Assembly: GCF_036373705.1 (NCBI RefSeq)
Contig: NC_089863.1
Location: forward strand, 18,979,406-19,043,405
Origin: Amia ocellicauda
Taxonomy: Eukaryota
DNA: 64,000 nt
Direction of reading: 5' to 3'
The notes beneath the pieces are model-generated. The model ran no database searches. It was given only the letters and a program-made list of their open reading frames with translations, and was not told where the DNA came from. The translations under genes were made by a program, and so were the position numbers. Position 1 is the stretch's first letter. Every line of letters starts with the position of its first letter. Shown here one piece after another: positions 19,341 through 31,879 of this stretch.

Positions 19341-19559
19341 ACTACTGTAGTATACTGGTGAAGTTCATTTCTCACCACACTTCACCATCACCCCCTCAAC
19401 TGCACCCCATCCTCAGGGCAGTAGACTCTGGGCCACACTGTCCACTTACAGGAAGCCGTGCTCCCAGTTTACTGCTGCCTCCTGTAATCTTCTCTAGTCT
19501 GACATCACTGAACTGGAGTCAGAATGCCACCTGGGCCCAGTGTCTTCCGTCTTAATCTG

Positions 19560-20230
19560 AGCAGACGCCACACTGGGGTTACACTGTATTCTGGTACAGT
19601 CCAGTTCTGCTCCAGCTGGATTTGGTCCCAGTCCCGTTTGAAGCTGGGGATCGGTGGCTTTGCCCTTTGGTCAGTCTCCAGTCCACTGAGCACAGTGTCT
19701 CACCCACTGACTTTAAAAGAGGATAATAGCCTACTCTCCCCCTCGGTCACCCGTGTCTTAGACCTGCAAGACTAACTAGAAGATGCATTTGAGTGTGGAA
19801 TGGGGGAGGGGGATTGAAGGGGCTGTGGATGTATTGTTCAGTAGTTTTTTTATTTATTGGTTGGCAACTGGGATTGGGGTTGATTGGTGCCCCCTGTAAC
19901 CTTCTTCAGTCCATCACTGGGCTCAGTCTGGGTTTCTGACTGGATTCATGCTGTTTTCCAGTAGAGCTCAGTTCTGCTCCAGAAGGGTTGGGTCCCAGTC
20001 CTGTGTGAAACCCGGAGTTGGTGGCCTTTCCCTTTGCTGTTTGCTCCAGTCCACTGAGCTCTGGATTTGGGGTTGTTTTCCCCTCTGTGCTCTGACAGGG
20101 TCACTCCCACGGACTTTAATATTGGGCCTCTGGGACTGAGGAGGAGTCTAAGAAAATGAAGAGAAGAGTGGATAAGAGCCTACACCTCCTCAGCCACCCA
20201 TGTCATAGACCTCCAAGACTAACCCCTTGA
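19560..20230. repeat. Tandem pair of module C (19560-19780 and 19940-20230; partial third copy at 18990-19070)
   Basis: Shared strings: ccagttctgctccag..ggatttggtcccagtcc.gt.tgaa.c.gg..t.ggtggc.tt.ccctttg, cagtccactgagc, and gggcctctgggactgaggagga...cctcagccacccatgtcatagacctccaagactaac. Confidence 0.65.
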
Positions 20231-21194
20231 GTGTATAATGGGTGGGGGTGGTGTTAAAGGTGCTGCTGTTGTGTTGAGTAATTATTTGTTGCTCCTTGAT
20301 TGAATTCATTGTTCTTGTTTCTGCCTATTTATTAATTTGATACAAGATATCGGGGAGCTCAGGATCCCGTGATGGGACCCACCTCCGGGGACGGCTATCT
20401 CCCCCTGCTGGAGCCCATGTCCAAGATCTTTTAATGAAAAGATTGTTTTTAAAAATGATTTGAAGAATGAATTTTAATTGTTTTTAAAGAATTAGTTGAT
20501 TTTTAAATGCACCGGTTTTGTTTATTTTATGGTTTTATTTGTTATGATTTATCTGATGCATTTTCAGTTAATTTAAATGTATTTGACCATATTGTTTTTG
20601 TTTAATGGTTTTATTTGGCAGTATTGCCCTTAATCACAAGTTTATTTGATTTATTGCACAGGTTTATTCGAGTATGTATTTTGTTTAAGTTAATCACTGT
20701 AAGATTAAAAAAAAAAAAAAAAACAATTAAGTGATTTTAAGAATTGATTTAAATTTATTTTAATTTTGAATATTTATTTACTGAAATGTAAAATACTTAT
20801 CCTAATAAAACGGTAGTAATTTGAAATGTTAAATTTATAAAATGGGGTGTCTGCAAAGCAACCCTACCGCTGAGGGTTTCATTTTTATTACCATTACTAC
20901 TAAACTGTTGGGTGTAACGGTACAGTCTTGTATAATTTGCACCCTTCATTTGAAATTGTGATTAGCTTAAACCGTGTTCCTTAAACAATACAAATGTATC
21001 TAACTTTGCTGAACACTGATTCAGCATAGGAAGTAACACCGGTCCATGTTGCCCACTGTAATTTCTCAAAATATTGATCTAGGTCTCTGACTTAATGCAG
21101 CTACATGATATCCAATTAAACTGCTTTGAAACTGGGAAAAGATACTTTTACAGGGTACGGGAAAACCCACTGTATCTTATAAACTGGAGACTAC

Positions 21195-22416
21195 ACTCAC
21201 CTAAAGGATTATTAGGAATACCTGTTCAATTTCTCATGAATGCAATTATCTAACCAACCAATCACATGGCAGTTGCTTCAATGCATTTAGGGGTGTGGTC
21301 CTGGTCAAGACAATCGCCTCAACTCCAAACTGAATGTCTGAATGGGAAAGAAAGGTGATTTAAGCAATTTTGAGCGTGGCATGGTTGTTGGTGCCAGACG
21401 GGCCGGTCTGAGTATTTCACAATCTGCTCAGTTACTGGGATTTTCACGCACAACCATTTCTAGGGTTTACAAAGAATGGTGTGAAAAGGGAAAAACATCC
21501 AGTATGCGGCAGTCCTGTGGGCGAAAATGCCTTGTTGATGCTAGAGGTCAGATGAGAATGGGCCGACTGACTCAAGCTGATAGAAGAGCAACTTTGACTG
21601 AAATAACCACTCGTTACAACCGAGGTATGCAGCAAAGCATTTGTGAAGCCACAACACGTACAACCTTGAGGCGGATGGGCTACAACAGCAGAAGACCCCA
21701 CCGGGTACCACTCATCTCCACTACAAATAGGAAAAAGAGGCTACAATTTGCACAAGCTCACCAAAATTGGACAGTTGAAGACTGGAAAAATGTTGCCTGG
21801 TCTGATGAGTCTCGATTTCTGTTGAGACATTCAGATGGTAGAGTCAGAATTTGGCGTAAACAGAATGAGAACATGGATCCATCATGCCTTGTTACCATTG
21901 TGCAGGCTGGTGGTGGTGGTGTAATGGTGTGGGGGATGTTTTCTTGGCACACTTTAGGCCCCTTAGTGCCAATTGGGCATCGTTTAAATGCCACGGCCTA
22001 CCTGAGCATTGTTTCTGACCATGTCCATCCCTTTATGACCACCATGTACCCATCCTCTGATGGCTACTTCCAGCAGGATAATGCACCATGTCACAAAGGT
22101 CGAATCATTTCAAATTGGTTTCTTGAACATGACAATGAGTTCACTGTACTAAACTGGCCCCCACAGTCACCAGATCTCAACCCAATAGAGCATCTTTGGG
22201 ATGTGGTGGAACGGGAGCTTCGTGCCCTGGATGTGCATCCCACAAATCTCCATCAACTGCAAGATGCTATCCTATCAATATGGGCCAACATTTCTAAAGA
22301 ATGCTTTCAGCACCTTGTTGAATCAATGCCACGTAGAATTAAGGCAGTTCTGAAGGCGAAAGGGGGTCAAACACAGTATTAGTATGGTGTTCCTAATAAT
22401 CCTTTAGGTGAGTATA
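21195..22416 (+). mobile_element. Compact Tc1/mariner transposon, apparently intact (1222 bp; 29-bp TIRs; TA target-site duplications)
   Basis: Left TIR CACTCACCTAAAGGATTATTAGGAATACC (21195-21223). The right end 22388-22416 is its reverse complement with 2 mismatches. TA precedes and follows the element (21193-21194 and 22417-22418). There is a single uninterrupted internal ORF. Confidence 0.9.
21342..22382 (+). CDS. Tc1/mariner transposase, 346 aa, full length with catalytic D,D,E intact (D..D with 36 residues before E = DD36E spacing)
   Basis: N-terminal paired-like HTH (GKKGDLSNFERGMVVGARRAGLSISQSAQLLGFSRTTISRVYKEW), catalytic D in WSDESRF, second D in FQQDNAPCH, and E in DLNPIEHLW. Counting DNAPCHKGRIISNWFLEHDNEFTVLNWPPQSPDLNPIE gives 36 residues between the second D and the E. 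There are no frameshifts or stops. Confidence 0.9.
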   Translation: MGKKGDLSNFERGMVVGARRAGLSISQSAQLLGFSRTTISRVYKEWCEKGKTSSMRQSCGRKCLVDARGQMRMGRLTQADRRATLTEITTRYNRGMQQSICEATTRTTLRRMGYNSRRPHRVPLISTTNRKKRLQFAQAHQNWTVEDWKNVAWSDESRFLLRHSDGRVRIWRKQNENMDPSCLVTIVQAGGGGVMVWGMFSWHTLGPLVPIGHRLNATAYLSIVSDHVHPFMTTMYPSSDGYFQQDNAPCHKGRIISNWFLEHDNEFTVLNWPPQSPDLNPIEHLWDVVERELRALDVHPTNLHQLQDAILSIWANISKECFQHLVESMPRRIKAVLKAKGGQTQY

Positions 22417-23204
22417 TAGATTTATCGTAAAGTAAGTTTGCATGAAAATCAATCAGGTATTTATGACACTGGGTGGGCTTGATTAAAATACGTGAAAAGC
22501 AACTTCTGGCTTAGTGGGGATGCATGTAGACTGAATGCAAACCAGTTGGGATGGCTGCAGTATGGAAGTAGGTACTCCTGTTTTCCCAGGACATGTCCAC
22601 AGGTAAACTTAATTAGCAGGGAAGCTTAGGCCTGATTCATTAAACATGTCCGCCTATTTCTAATGTAATGACTTGGCATGGCGGTGCGCATGTATGCAGT
22701 GGCTTTGCTCTCCTTGAAACCGTCTTTAATGTTTGTTTTGTGCTAAATTTCGTTGTATAGTTTTGCAATGACAAAGGTATTCTACAAGGAATAGCAGTCA
22801 AGTGGCAAGCTGTCCAACTAAAGAGCAAACTAAAATAGCTTGGCATTCTTTGACTGTTGAAGTAGCATGGTGTATATGAGGTTGGGAGGAAGAAGATGAT
22901 TCAACAAGGTTTATTTTCACTTATAGGGAGTTCTGTATTTTATTGGGTTACAATTGACATCTCTTCGCAATGCACCTTCTCCCTTTTCTCTGAAATGCAA
23001 AATGTCACTCAGTTCCAGCTTCACTGCACTGGCCAAGCTGCTTTTATGACTAGTGTATTTTGCTTTACATTACCTTTCCCTGTTCGCATGAGAAGGAAGA
23101 GATATTGATTTTGGTTCCCTGGAGGAAATACACAGATAACCAGCTCAGGAATGTATACAGGGTTTGTATATCGGAGAATCACTTTAGATGATTATTATTA
23201 TTAT

Positions 23205-23290
23205 TATTTCTTGGCAGACGCCCTTAGCCAGGGCGACTTACAACATAAGTAAATACATAGTCCAAGACTACAGTTCAGTACAAGGCATCA
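23205..23290 (-). mobile_element. SINE tail fragment (same family as 17345-17485)
   Basis: tcttggcagacgcccttagccagggcgacttacaacataagta. Confidence 0.55.
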
Positions 23291-25852
23291 AACATTACAA
23301 ATTCAAATTTACATTAAACAGAGCAATTGAAAATATAATACATTTTACAACTTCCAATTTACACAGGTAAGTATAGTAAGTGAGGTCATGATTTAACGTG
23401 TTTGAGAGTGACAGTCTGACCCTCCCCCTCCCGCACAGTGCCATTTAGAGCCGCTCTCTGCATTGTGATGGCACAGTGTCACGTGTCTCCACTGACCCGA
23501 GCTGCACCTCTGTGTCCAGGACCGCACAGGAAGTTGACGACCATAATCTCATTCTGTATCAACGAAAAAATACAATAAGACTGGACTTGATCAGATCAAA
23601 ATCTGTTACAAACATCTACTCAATCACAGTATCATTTCATAGCAGGAGCAACTTTCTATTACATACTAATAATAACATTTGTAACACACACACACACATG
23701 TATCTATATATATAGACTAATAATTGAGAAAATAATATGTTTAACATACAGGTTAAAGTGATTTAAAAAAATACTGTGTTAGAGGAAAGTGTGAACCAAA
23801 CCAAAGACCAGGAACGACACGACATGGGCCGTGTCTGAGCTTTTACAATTGCACCTGAAACCCAGCAAGACCAAAGGGAAACACATTGTGACTGAAGTGG
23901 TTTTCTGGAGAAGTCTCATCAACTTATGATGTTCAGTAGCCAGTGGAATAAAACAAGTTCAGTTACCTCTCAATTTCCCCCTGAAGTGACCCGTAGGTCT
24001 AACACATATTGAATACTTAAGGTGTTGCATGTAAGTGGAGACAGAGGTTCCTATTTTAATGGCATATATGGAGTTTTCACTCGTTGCAGACTTCTCTCAG
24101 GCAAGGTCTGATATCACAACCGCACAGCTGCAGTCCAGAGTCTGGGCTGAATGCCAAACCACCTCTTTCAGCAGCTGCACAATTACAGTGACATGAAAGG
24201 TAACATGCGGAGCTGTACAATCAGCGTATAATCTACATGATAATTGCCCGTAAGCAGCACACTATACCTGTAAAGGGTATATGTTTATTAAAATTTGAAA
24301 TCTGAAGTGTGACACATGAGTAACTGCACTGTAAATGAACTGTAAGCGATCAATGCCACGACATTTACAATTCTGACGATTCCATTTGATGACAAAGTGC
24401 ACCATCATAATCAGCCAGAGGAATTTGTTAAGCGAAAGAATACAATCAAATGAAACCGTTTCAGGGTCCTGAAACGTAAGCACAGGTAATTCTGGGGGTT
24501 CGACCTGGGCTCGGTACTGAAACGGCCTTAACCAAAATAGTGAGTGATGCTCTTCTGTCCTCTGACATAGGTGACTACCTATTATTGTTCTTTTAGACAC
24601 ACATGGGTTAGCCCCTCTACACCATGGCGAGCTCATAGCCCTGTATACACCTGATCAAACACTACCTGGTAGTCCCTAAAATGTGTAAAGACAATACAGG
24701 CGGTAAAGCCCTCTGGCACACATCTCTAACTCATCTATTTTGTTCTCTCCGCATTGGATGACAAGCCACAGATGAGGCACGTCCTCCCTGTTTATGTTTA
24801 CATTGTCTCAAGGGGAGGCAACCATGAGGCCTAGGCCTTACGCAGAGGACCCCCAGAGATTGATTTTCTCCTAGAACCATCTATCATTCCACAGGAATTT
24901 TTGATTTTCTCTCCTCTGTGCCAAATGCTTTATTTTATTTGGGGAATTTTGTTTTAAATAACTGGTGTCTTGTTTTTTTATTCTGGAAGCACTCTGTGGC
25001 AACCTCGCTAAGGGCGCTATAACAAATCAAAATTGATTGATTGTGAGGTTGACCTGAGTATACAAACAAACCGTTTGCTTCACACTTATGCGAAGTAAAA
25101 GCTAAAACATTCCAGGTGCTTTTAAAATGCTTTTCTATGTAACTGATCATTCAGACTGTTGAACTACTACAATAAATTCTACAATGGTGTCACTATATGT
25201 ATTCATCTGAAGGTTGTATTGAAAATATGAATATGTTCATAAAAGACAGTGGCTTACATGATCTGTAGTAATTCATGTTTGTATTCTTTGTAATTGACCC
25301 TTCCTCATATTGCGGTAGATTGTGGTATTTTTTTATTTTTGTTAAAAAAAACACTTTAAGAAAGCTGGTATATATTGTTTAATCATAAAATAATTCACAC
25401 AGCTACAACAAATACACACAATCTTTGTTTTTTGTATTTTTATGGACCTTTTCAAAAGTGTGTGTAATTTAGCGGACAAGATTTCAGGTTGCCATTCTAG
25501 TTAAGTTACCCAAATTATGTTTATTTGTCATTGTCTTTTGCCATTCATTATCTTCATGAAATTAAATGTAAAAAATATAGTATGAAAGAAAATGTGAGCA
25601 CTATTCTGTTTTTCACTTCTGTCAAATTAGCTACACATTTAAATTAAATACGTTCACTACATTATGAATTAAACAATTAGCTATTGTCACTGTCATCTGA
25701 GGTGACACCTATTCTCAATATGGTCTCGAGAAAGAGTGCTCGAGCGCTTTCAAAAATGAAACTGGGACACTTTTCAACAATATAATCACATACCTACATT
25801 GTGTAGCTATAGGTTATATTGGTACATGTATTAAAACAAGTTCTACGGGGAT

Positions 25853-26482
25853 CTACAGTGAGGGAAAAAAGTATTTGATCCCCTGCTGATTTTGAACGTT
25901 TGCCCACTGACAAAGAAATGATCAGTCTATAATTTTAATGGTAGGTGTATTTTAACAGTGAGAGACAGAATAACAACAAAAAAATCCAGAAAAACACATT
26001 TCAAAATAGTTATACATTGATTTGCATGTTAATGAGTGAAATAAGTATTTGATCCCCTATCAATCAGTAAGATTTCTGGCTCCCAGGTGTCTTTTATACA
26101 GGTAACGAGCTGAGATTAGGAGCACTCTCTTAAAGGGAGTGCTCCTAATCTCAGCTCGTTACCTGTATAAAAGACACCTGTCCACAGAAGCAATCAATCA
26201 ATCAGATTCCAAACTCTCCACCATGGCCAAGACCAAAGAGCTGTCCAAGGATGTCAGGGACAAGATTGTAGACCTACACAAGGCTGGAATGGGCTTATAC
26301 TTATTTCCCTCATTAACATGCAAATCAATTTATAATTTTTTTGAAATGCGTTTTTCTGGATTTTGTTGTTGTTATTCTGTCTCTCACTGTTAAAATACAC
26401 CTACCATTAAAATTATAGACTGATCATTTCTTTGTCAGTGGGCAAACATACAAAATCAGCAGGGGATCAAATACTTTTTTCC
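25853..26482 (+). mobile_element. Internally deleted (MITE-like) Sleeping-Beauty-type Tc1-like element
   Basis: Left IR tacagtgagggaaaaaagtatttgatcccctgctgattttg...acagtgagagacagaataacaacaaaaaaatccagaaaaac (25856-26000). Transposase start [24 protein letters not shown] (ATG 26223) is truncated after about 30 codons. Right IR 26335-26480 is the exact inverse of the left IR. An internal palindrome ggtaacgagctgagattaggagcactc/gagtgctcctaatctcagctcgttacc lies at 26098-26160. Confidence 0.85.
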
Positions 26483-26689
26483 CTCACTGTATAATAACCT
26501 GTTTGTGCTGGGATCCTATGCTTTTTGGTGAGCCAGCTGGGCTTAGGAGAGGAGGATGCTGGAATGTGGGAGATTTTTGGAGAGGGGCTGCGCGACACAC
26601 CATGCTCCTCTTCACCCTCGCTGACCATCTCAATGGCAAGACCATCCGGGAGTTTGTGGAGAACAGGTTCACTACATGGCCAAAAGTAT

Positions 26690-28140
26690 GTGGACACCTG
26701 CTCCTTGAACATATCATTAAAAAATCCTGGGCATTAATATGGAGTTGGTCCCCTCTTTACTGCTATAAGAGCCTCATCTCTTCTGGGAAGGATTTCTACT
26801 AGATGTTGGAGGTTAAGGTACAATCCTTCAGTTGAAGCAACCCTTCGGGTCCCAGTGAATCAGGCACCCCAGTTAGCGCTTCCAGTAACAGTGTAGACTC
26901 TCAGCAGGAGACAGGCCCAGGAAGTAAAGTCACTGACACAATGTCTGTTCGTTTATCTTTGTTTATTGAAAGTTTCTACAAGCAATATTTCAAAGGAGGT
27001 TCGGGGCCATCCCGAACCTGGATGATATTTTCTTGGCATATATCCCGGGGCAGTTCCGAGACATGGGAAGCAATAATTCATGAGGTATTCTTTATAATTG
27101 GGGAAACAATATTTCATCCAGACATGGAAGCGCTGGTACCAAGGACACAGCACACACTATACTGATGTTATATAATTTTGGTTCGTTAACTAAAGAATGT
27201 CCACAGCAGTATAAATGATCTCTATCTGCCACACAGATAAGTCTGAGCAGAGAAATCCAAATAAGAACAAGGAAACCCTTATAAGAGCAAGTTTTAACTA
27301 GTATCTTACTGGAAAGCAATTTTACCCCAACATTGGATCATTGCTGCAGGGATTTTCTTCCATTCAGCTACAAGAGCATTAGTGAGGTCAGACACTCACA
27401 GCTGGCATTACACTTCATGCCAAAGGTATTTGATGAGGTTGAGGTCAGGGCTCTGTGCAGGCCAATCCAGTTATTCCAAGATCTGGACAATCCATTTCTG
27501 TATGCACGGGGTCATTGTCATGCTGCTCAGCCATGGAAACCCACAGTTATTGTGCTGACGTTGCTTCCAGAGGCAGTTCAGATTGTTGTAACCAAGGAGA
27601 GATGGTTTTACATACTACACTCTTCAGCACTCAGCAATCCTATTTTATGAGCTTGTGTGGCCTTCCAATTTGCATAGACTGTTGTTGCTCCTAGACATTT
27701 CTAGCACATTATTAATATTTGATTTCTTAGCAGACTTATAATTGTTATATCACATTTTACCCATTTATACACTTACTGGAACAATCTAGGTTACAGTACC
27801 TTACTGAAGGGTCTCCCACCTGGAATTAAACACACAACTCTCTCAGCTCCAGAGTCCAGAGCCCTAACCACTATTCCACACTACTGCCCCAGTGGACTGG
27901 GGTAGCTCTAATAGGGCAGAAATTTGACGAACTGACATGTTGGAAAGGTGGCATCCTTTGATGGTGCCATGTTGAAAATCACTGAGCTCTTCAGTATGGC
28001 CCATTCTACTGCCAATGTTTGTTTAAGGAGATTGCAAGGCTGCATGCTTGATTTATACACCTGCCAGCAATGGGTGTGGCTGAAATAGCCGAATCTAACA
28101 CTCATTAGAAGGGGTGTCCACATACTTTTGACCATGTAGT
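26690..28140 (+). mobile_element. Decayed Tc1-like element
   Basis: Ends ccaaaagtatgtggacacctg (26682-26702) and caggtgt...ggggtgtccacatacttttgaccatgtagtg (28105-28140) are inverted. Internal degenerate transposase fragments, e.g. MPKVFDEVEVRALCRP at 27420-27470, are broken by stops and frameshifts. Confidence 0.6.
27765..27905 (-). mobile_element. tRNA-derived SINE copy (tRNA-like head present), inserted in the decayed Tc1 element
   Basis: Reverse complement gives ccccagtccactggggcagtagtgtggaatagtggttagggctctggactctggagctgagagagttgtgtgtttaattccaggtgggagaccc with box A/B-like motifs. Confidence 0.6.
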
Positions 28141-28592
28141 GTTTCGCGCTCTGGACAACAAGAACAGGGGCGATGGCACAAAATACAGGAGATGAAGGCA
28201 GGAAATGATGGCAGCAATTATCTGGCTGTATGACCAGAGTATGTTACTGGCCTGGCAGAGATAGCAGCATGACACTGAGCTCACAGTTATCATAACATCG
28301 CTGCCAGAGCCTAAGATGTGTTTGTAATCGTAAGGTCATTAAATAGTGTAATGTAATACTGTAAAAATCAAAACTGCGCTGAGCTGCATGCTGAACTTTC
28401 TATTCATCCTTAGTAAGTTATTTATATTTTGTTAGGTTTTAGTGTCCTCGTGTGGTGAGAATATATATTGCAGTGTGGCACACTTGCCCTTCTTTCAGAG
28501 AAGGTTAGATGGGTTGCAGAACCAATTAAATGTTTGAAATAGATATGTTTTTTGTGTATGATTTGAATATTTGATTTGTTTATGTTCTTTTA

Positions 28593-28602
<10 letters not shown>

Positions 28603-28643
<41 letters not shown>

Positions 28644-28650
28644 TTGTGTA
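28603..28650. repeat. (TAC)n microsatellite
   Basis: tactactac x16. Confidence 0.95.
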
Positions 28651-29539
28651 ATAGAGAAACAATAATTGACATTTTATTTTAACATAATACAATTATGTTT
28701 TCAGATCAACAAGGTTTTATTCAGAGTTTTGGCTTTCTAATGAAATAGCTATAATTTTACACAATAACCTATATTCAGTCCAAAAACAACCAAACCACTT
28801 TTTATACATGCTAAATAGTAATTTCTATTGGTTGACATTGTATTGGTGTCATGGTGAAAGTGAAACAAAAAAATTGTGTATATGTGGTACCTATAAATAC
28901 TGACACCAGTTTTCCATTTCATGAATACTGCATGATGAACTTCAGTGCTAACACAGAAGCTGTATCTTGGAGGAAGATTCAGACTGAGAACTGAGAGAGG
29001 TTGAGGCCATTGAGAGGTAATTCATTTAAACTTAACTACTGAATTCCAAAAATGTTTGCACTCTGGTTTTCATTAATTATTTTGTGAGTCATACCCTATG
29101 GAAATAAATTATATGCAAAAAATTGATGGATAGATGGATGCAAGGGCACCTTTATAAAATAAAATGTGGAATCTTTGTTACATATAAGGAACATTTATTA
29201 CATATATGGAACATGTGTCACATATAGAGGGCTAAAGGATTAATATTTGCATTTATTTATACTGATATTGTTACTTTAATTTCGCATCGGCCACACCTCA
29301 TTAAGCAACCTAATGTTGAATTAAACTCTTCTCAAAGGTTTTGTTTAAATAATTTTTTGTTTTGTTTTAAAGGAACTTCTTGTACATTTTTCTTTATTAT
29401 TTAAACCACAAACACATACTTTCATAAGGAAATGAACAACTAAAACTATGTATTATATATATCGTGATTTGTTAACTTTTATTGTAAAATTGAAACTCGA
29501 TAGGATGGTTTTGCAGATTTTCTTTGAAAATGTCCCTAG

Positions 29540-29700
29540 CAATAACGCACACAGTCATCATAACATTGTCATGTCGTTCATGAAGTGCAGATTTTCGCAG
29601 TTCTGCGCGGCTCCGCCAATGAAAGCGGAGGATTCTGCAGTTCTGCGCAGAACTGCGAAAATCTGCGCACAAGAACCCGAACTAAAACACGAATATTCAG
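29540..29700 (+). repeat. Roughly 160-bp hairpin element with CCAAT core (second copy, inverted, at 47888-48050)
   Basis: 22-bp inverted arms tgcagattttcgcagttctgcgc ... gcgcagaactgcgaaaatctgc flank gctccgccaatgaaagcgg. The 47888-48050 copy is the reverse complement at about 85% identity. Confidence 0.7.
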
Positions 29701-29879
29701 ACAATAGCGCGACTCCCTGTCTCCGCCGTGCAGCACAATTGAGTGGCTCAGAGGGAGAGGGACAGACCTGACGTTTAAATGTATACCTCACGCGAAATGT
29801 TTTAAACTACTGAAGAAAATCATTCTCAATTATAGTTGTAAGTAGTGTTCATATATACTTGTATGTTCTGTGTCAGGAG

Positions 29880-30860
29880 ACGCTATTGGACCGAGGTAAA
29901 GCTAGTTTTACTTCCGATATTCAACAGACTGCTGTCTCCAATAGCTTCCCAGAAACACAGCGGGTTCTCTCGACACTGGTGGTGATCTGAAGGGAAATGA
30001 GAACTACATTGCACAGCCATAGTCCTTTCCTCCACAAACCCGGCCACACGGGGTTTGAGACGCTAGAGAGTTAGAGACGGGGGTGAAAGTGCCTATTGGC
30101 GAGTTTTAAAGCCTAATAGCTTTCCCCTCTTAGATGATAGGGACATAAAACCAACTTCTTTATGTGCAGGAAGACACCACACAACTTTCACATTCATTTT
30201 CACATTCAGCTATTCATTTTCACCCAAGTTGTAAAAAAAGGTACATCATTGCATTTTTCTTCTTTCTTTCTCTAATAACTGTTTTGTCTTTGTAGGTAGG
30301 GACGTGAAACCAACTTCATTGAGTGCAGAATGGCCATTTACAACTTTCACAACCATTTATTTTAACCCTAGTGGTCGAAAAGGGCACAACATTGCATTTT
30401 TTCCCCTTTCTTTTTCGAATAACTTTTTTGTCTTTGTAGGTAGGGACTTCAAACCACTTTCATTGAGTGCAGAATGGCCATTTACAACTTTCACAACCAT
30501 AAAATAGCCTTTTAGGAACTAGGAATCGGTCTTTGTGTGTTCGTTATTTCCTTAGTTCGTCACACAGTAAGTTGACTTTGTGCCCCTAGTGGGTGGTCTG
30601 GTCACTGATTAAGCCAAGGGGAGAAGTACATCACTGGTGGGTTACAACATGTTTACTATTTCATTGTGAACCTAGTGTTTCGATATATAAAACATAAGTT
30701 CTCTAGTCACTATAAATTCTCTCCTTTGACTATGCCTCACAGAGACTTTGCAAGTACCACTGTGTGTCTGAACTGGTCACTCTCTCCAATTAGCTGGTTG
30801 CCTAATACTTAAAAACCCATAACCTAAACTGATAGTCACACCCTTCTTGTAGATATGGAG
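29880..30860. repeat. Left arm of a large inverted repeat (palindrome); contains an internal roughly 120-bp tandem duplication at 30295-30510
   Basis: Reverse-complementary to 32340-32990 at about 93-97% identity over aligned blocks, e.g. ccacacggggtttgagacgctagagagttagagacgggggtgaaagtgcctattggcgagttttaaagcctaatagctttcccctcttagatgatagggacataaaacc. Confidence 0.9.
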
Positions 30861-31249
30861 AAACTTTCTTTCTTCCACAAGTGCTTCACCTTAGGTGATT
30901 CACCTCATCAATATATTCCACCACAGCAAGTGTTACACAAGGTCACTACCTGAGCTCTTGGCTGCACTCACTGTACACCTGTGACTGTACAGACAAACAG
31001 AGTAGCAACCACATCATCAGGTTGGTAGATGAAACTTCTGTGGTTGGTCTGATTCCCTCCAAAGATTGGACATAAGCCTACAGAAGGGAGGTGTCAGATC
31101 TCAGATGTCAGTACAACAACCTGAGCCTGTGAAGAGGCTTATTACAGTTTATTTAGATTAATTAAGTTAATGTTTGCTCCATGTTTCTTATACAATATGA
31201 AGAATGTAATAAATCAACAATTTAGTCACAATGACAGTATGTATATGTA

Positions 31250-31256
<7 letters not shown>

Positions 31257-31320
<64 letters not shown>
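31257..31320. repeat. (TA)n microsatellite
   Basis: tatatata... about 32 units. Confidence 0.95.
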
Positions 31321-31323
<3 letters not shown>

Positions 31324-31879
31324 TGTATACAAAATAGTATTACAATTGGAGCAGCCACATTTCTGTTCTCACTTTATGTTTCACATTTCTGTTCTCTATA
31401 TCCTATGATGAAGCTTATAAGGCTCTTAAGGTTTTGACTAGAGTAGAAAAAAAACACAGTGAGCTCTCAGTTGCATGGCTTGGAATGTGTTTTATTGTTG
31501 TCATTGGACAATGTACAAACTCTGGCATAACCAGATGTGGGATGCCTATATGTGGGATGCCTATATAAGCCTAATACATTGTATATAGAGTTGAATTCAT
31601 CTGTGACTTCCCTGATGCATCAGTATTCAATTTACCAATGTTAATTTATTGGTTAAGGAGTCTGTGAGTAAATTGGTTTGTCAGTTAATTTGTTCAGTGT
31701 TTGAATCAATTTGAACACCTACAGTAAAGTATTATTGCAAAGAAGTTGGCTTCTGTTTGGAATCTTTTGAAGACCTGCCTCACCACAGAACCTAGTTAAA
31801 AATGAAAGCTTTACACCCTCCAGACCTGAACACAAACAAGACACAAACAAGACAAACAAGCTGATTGTTGATTTAAGGA

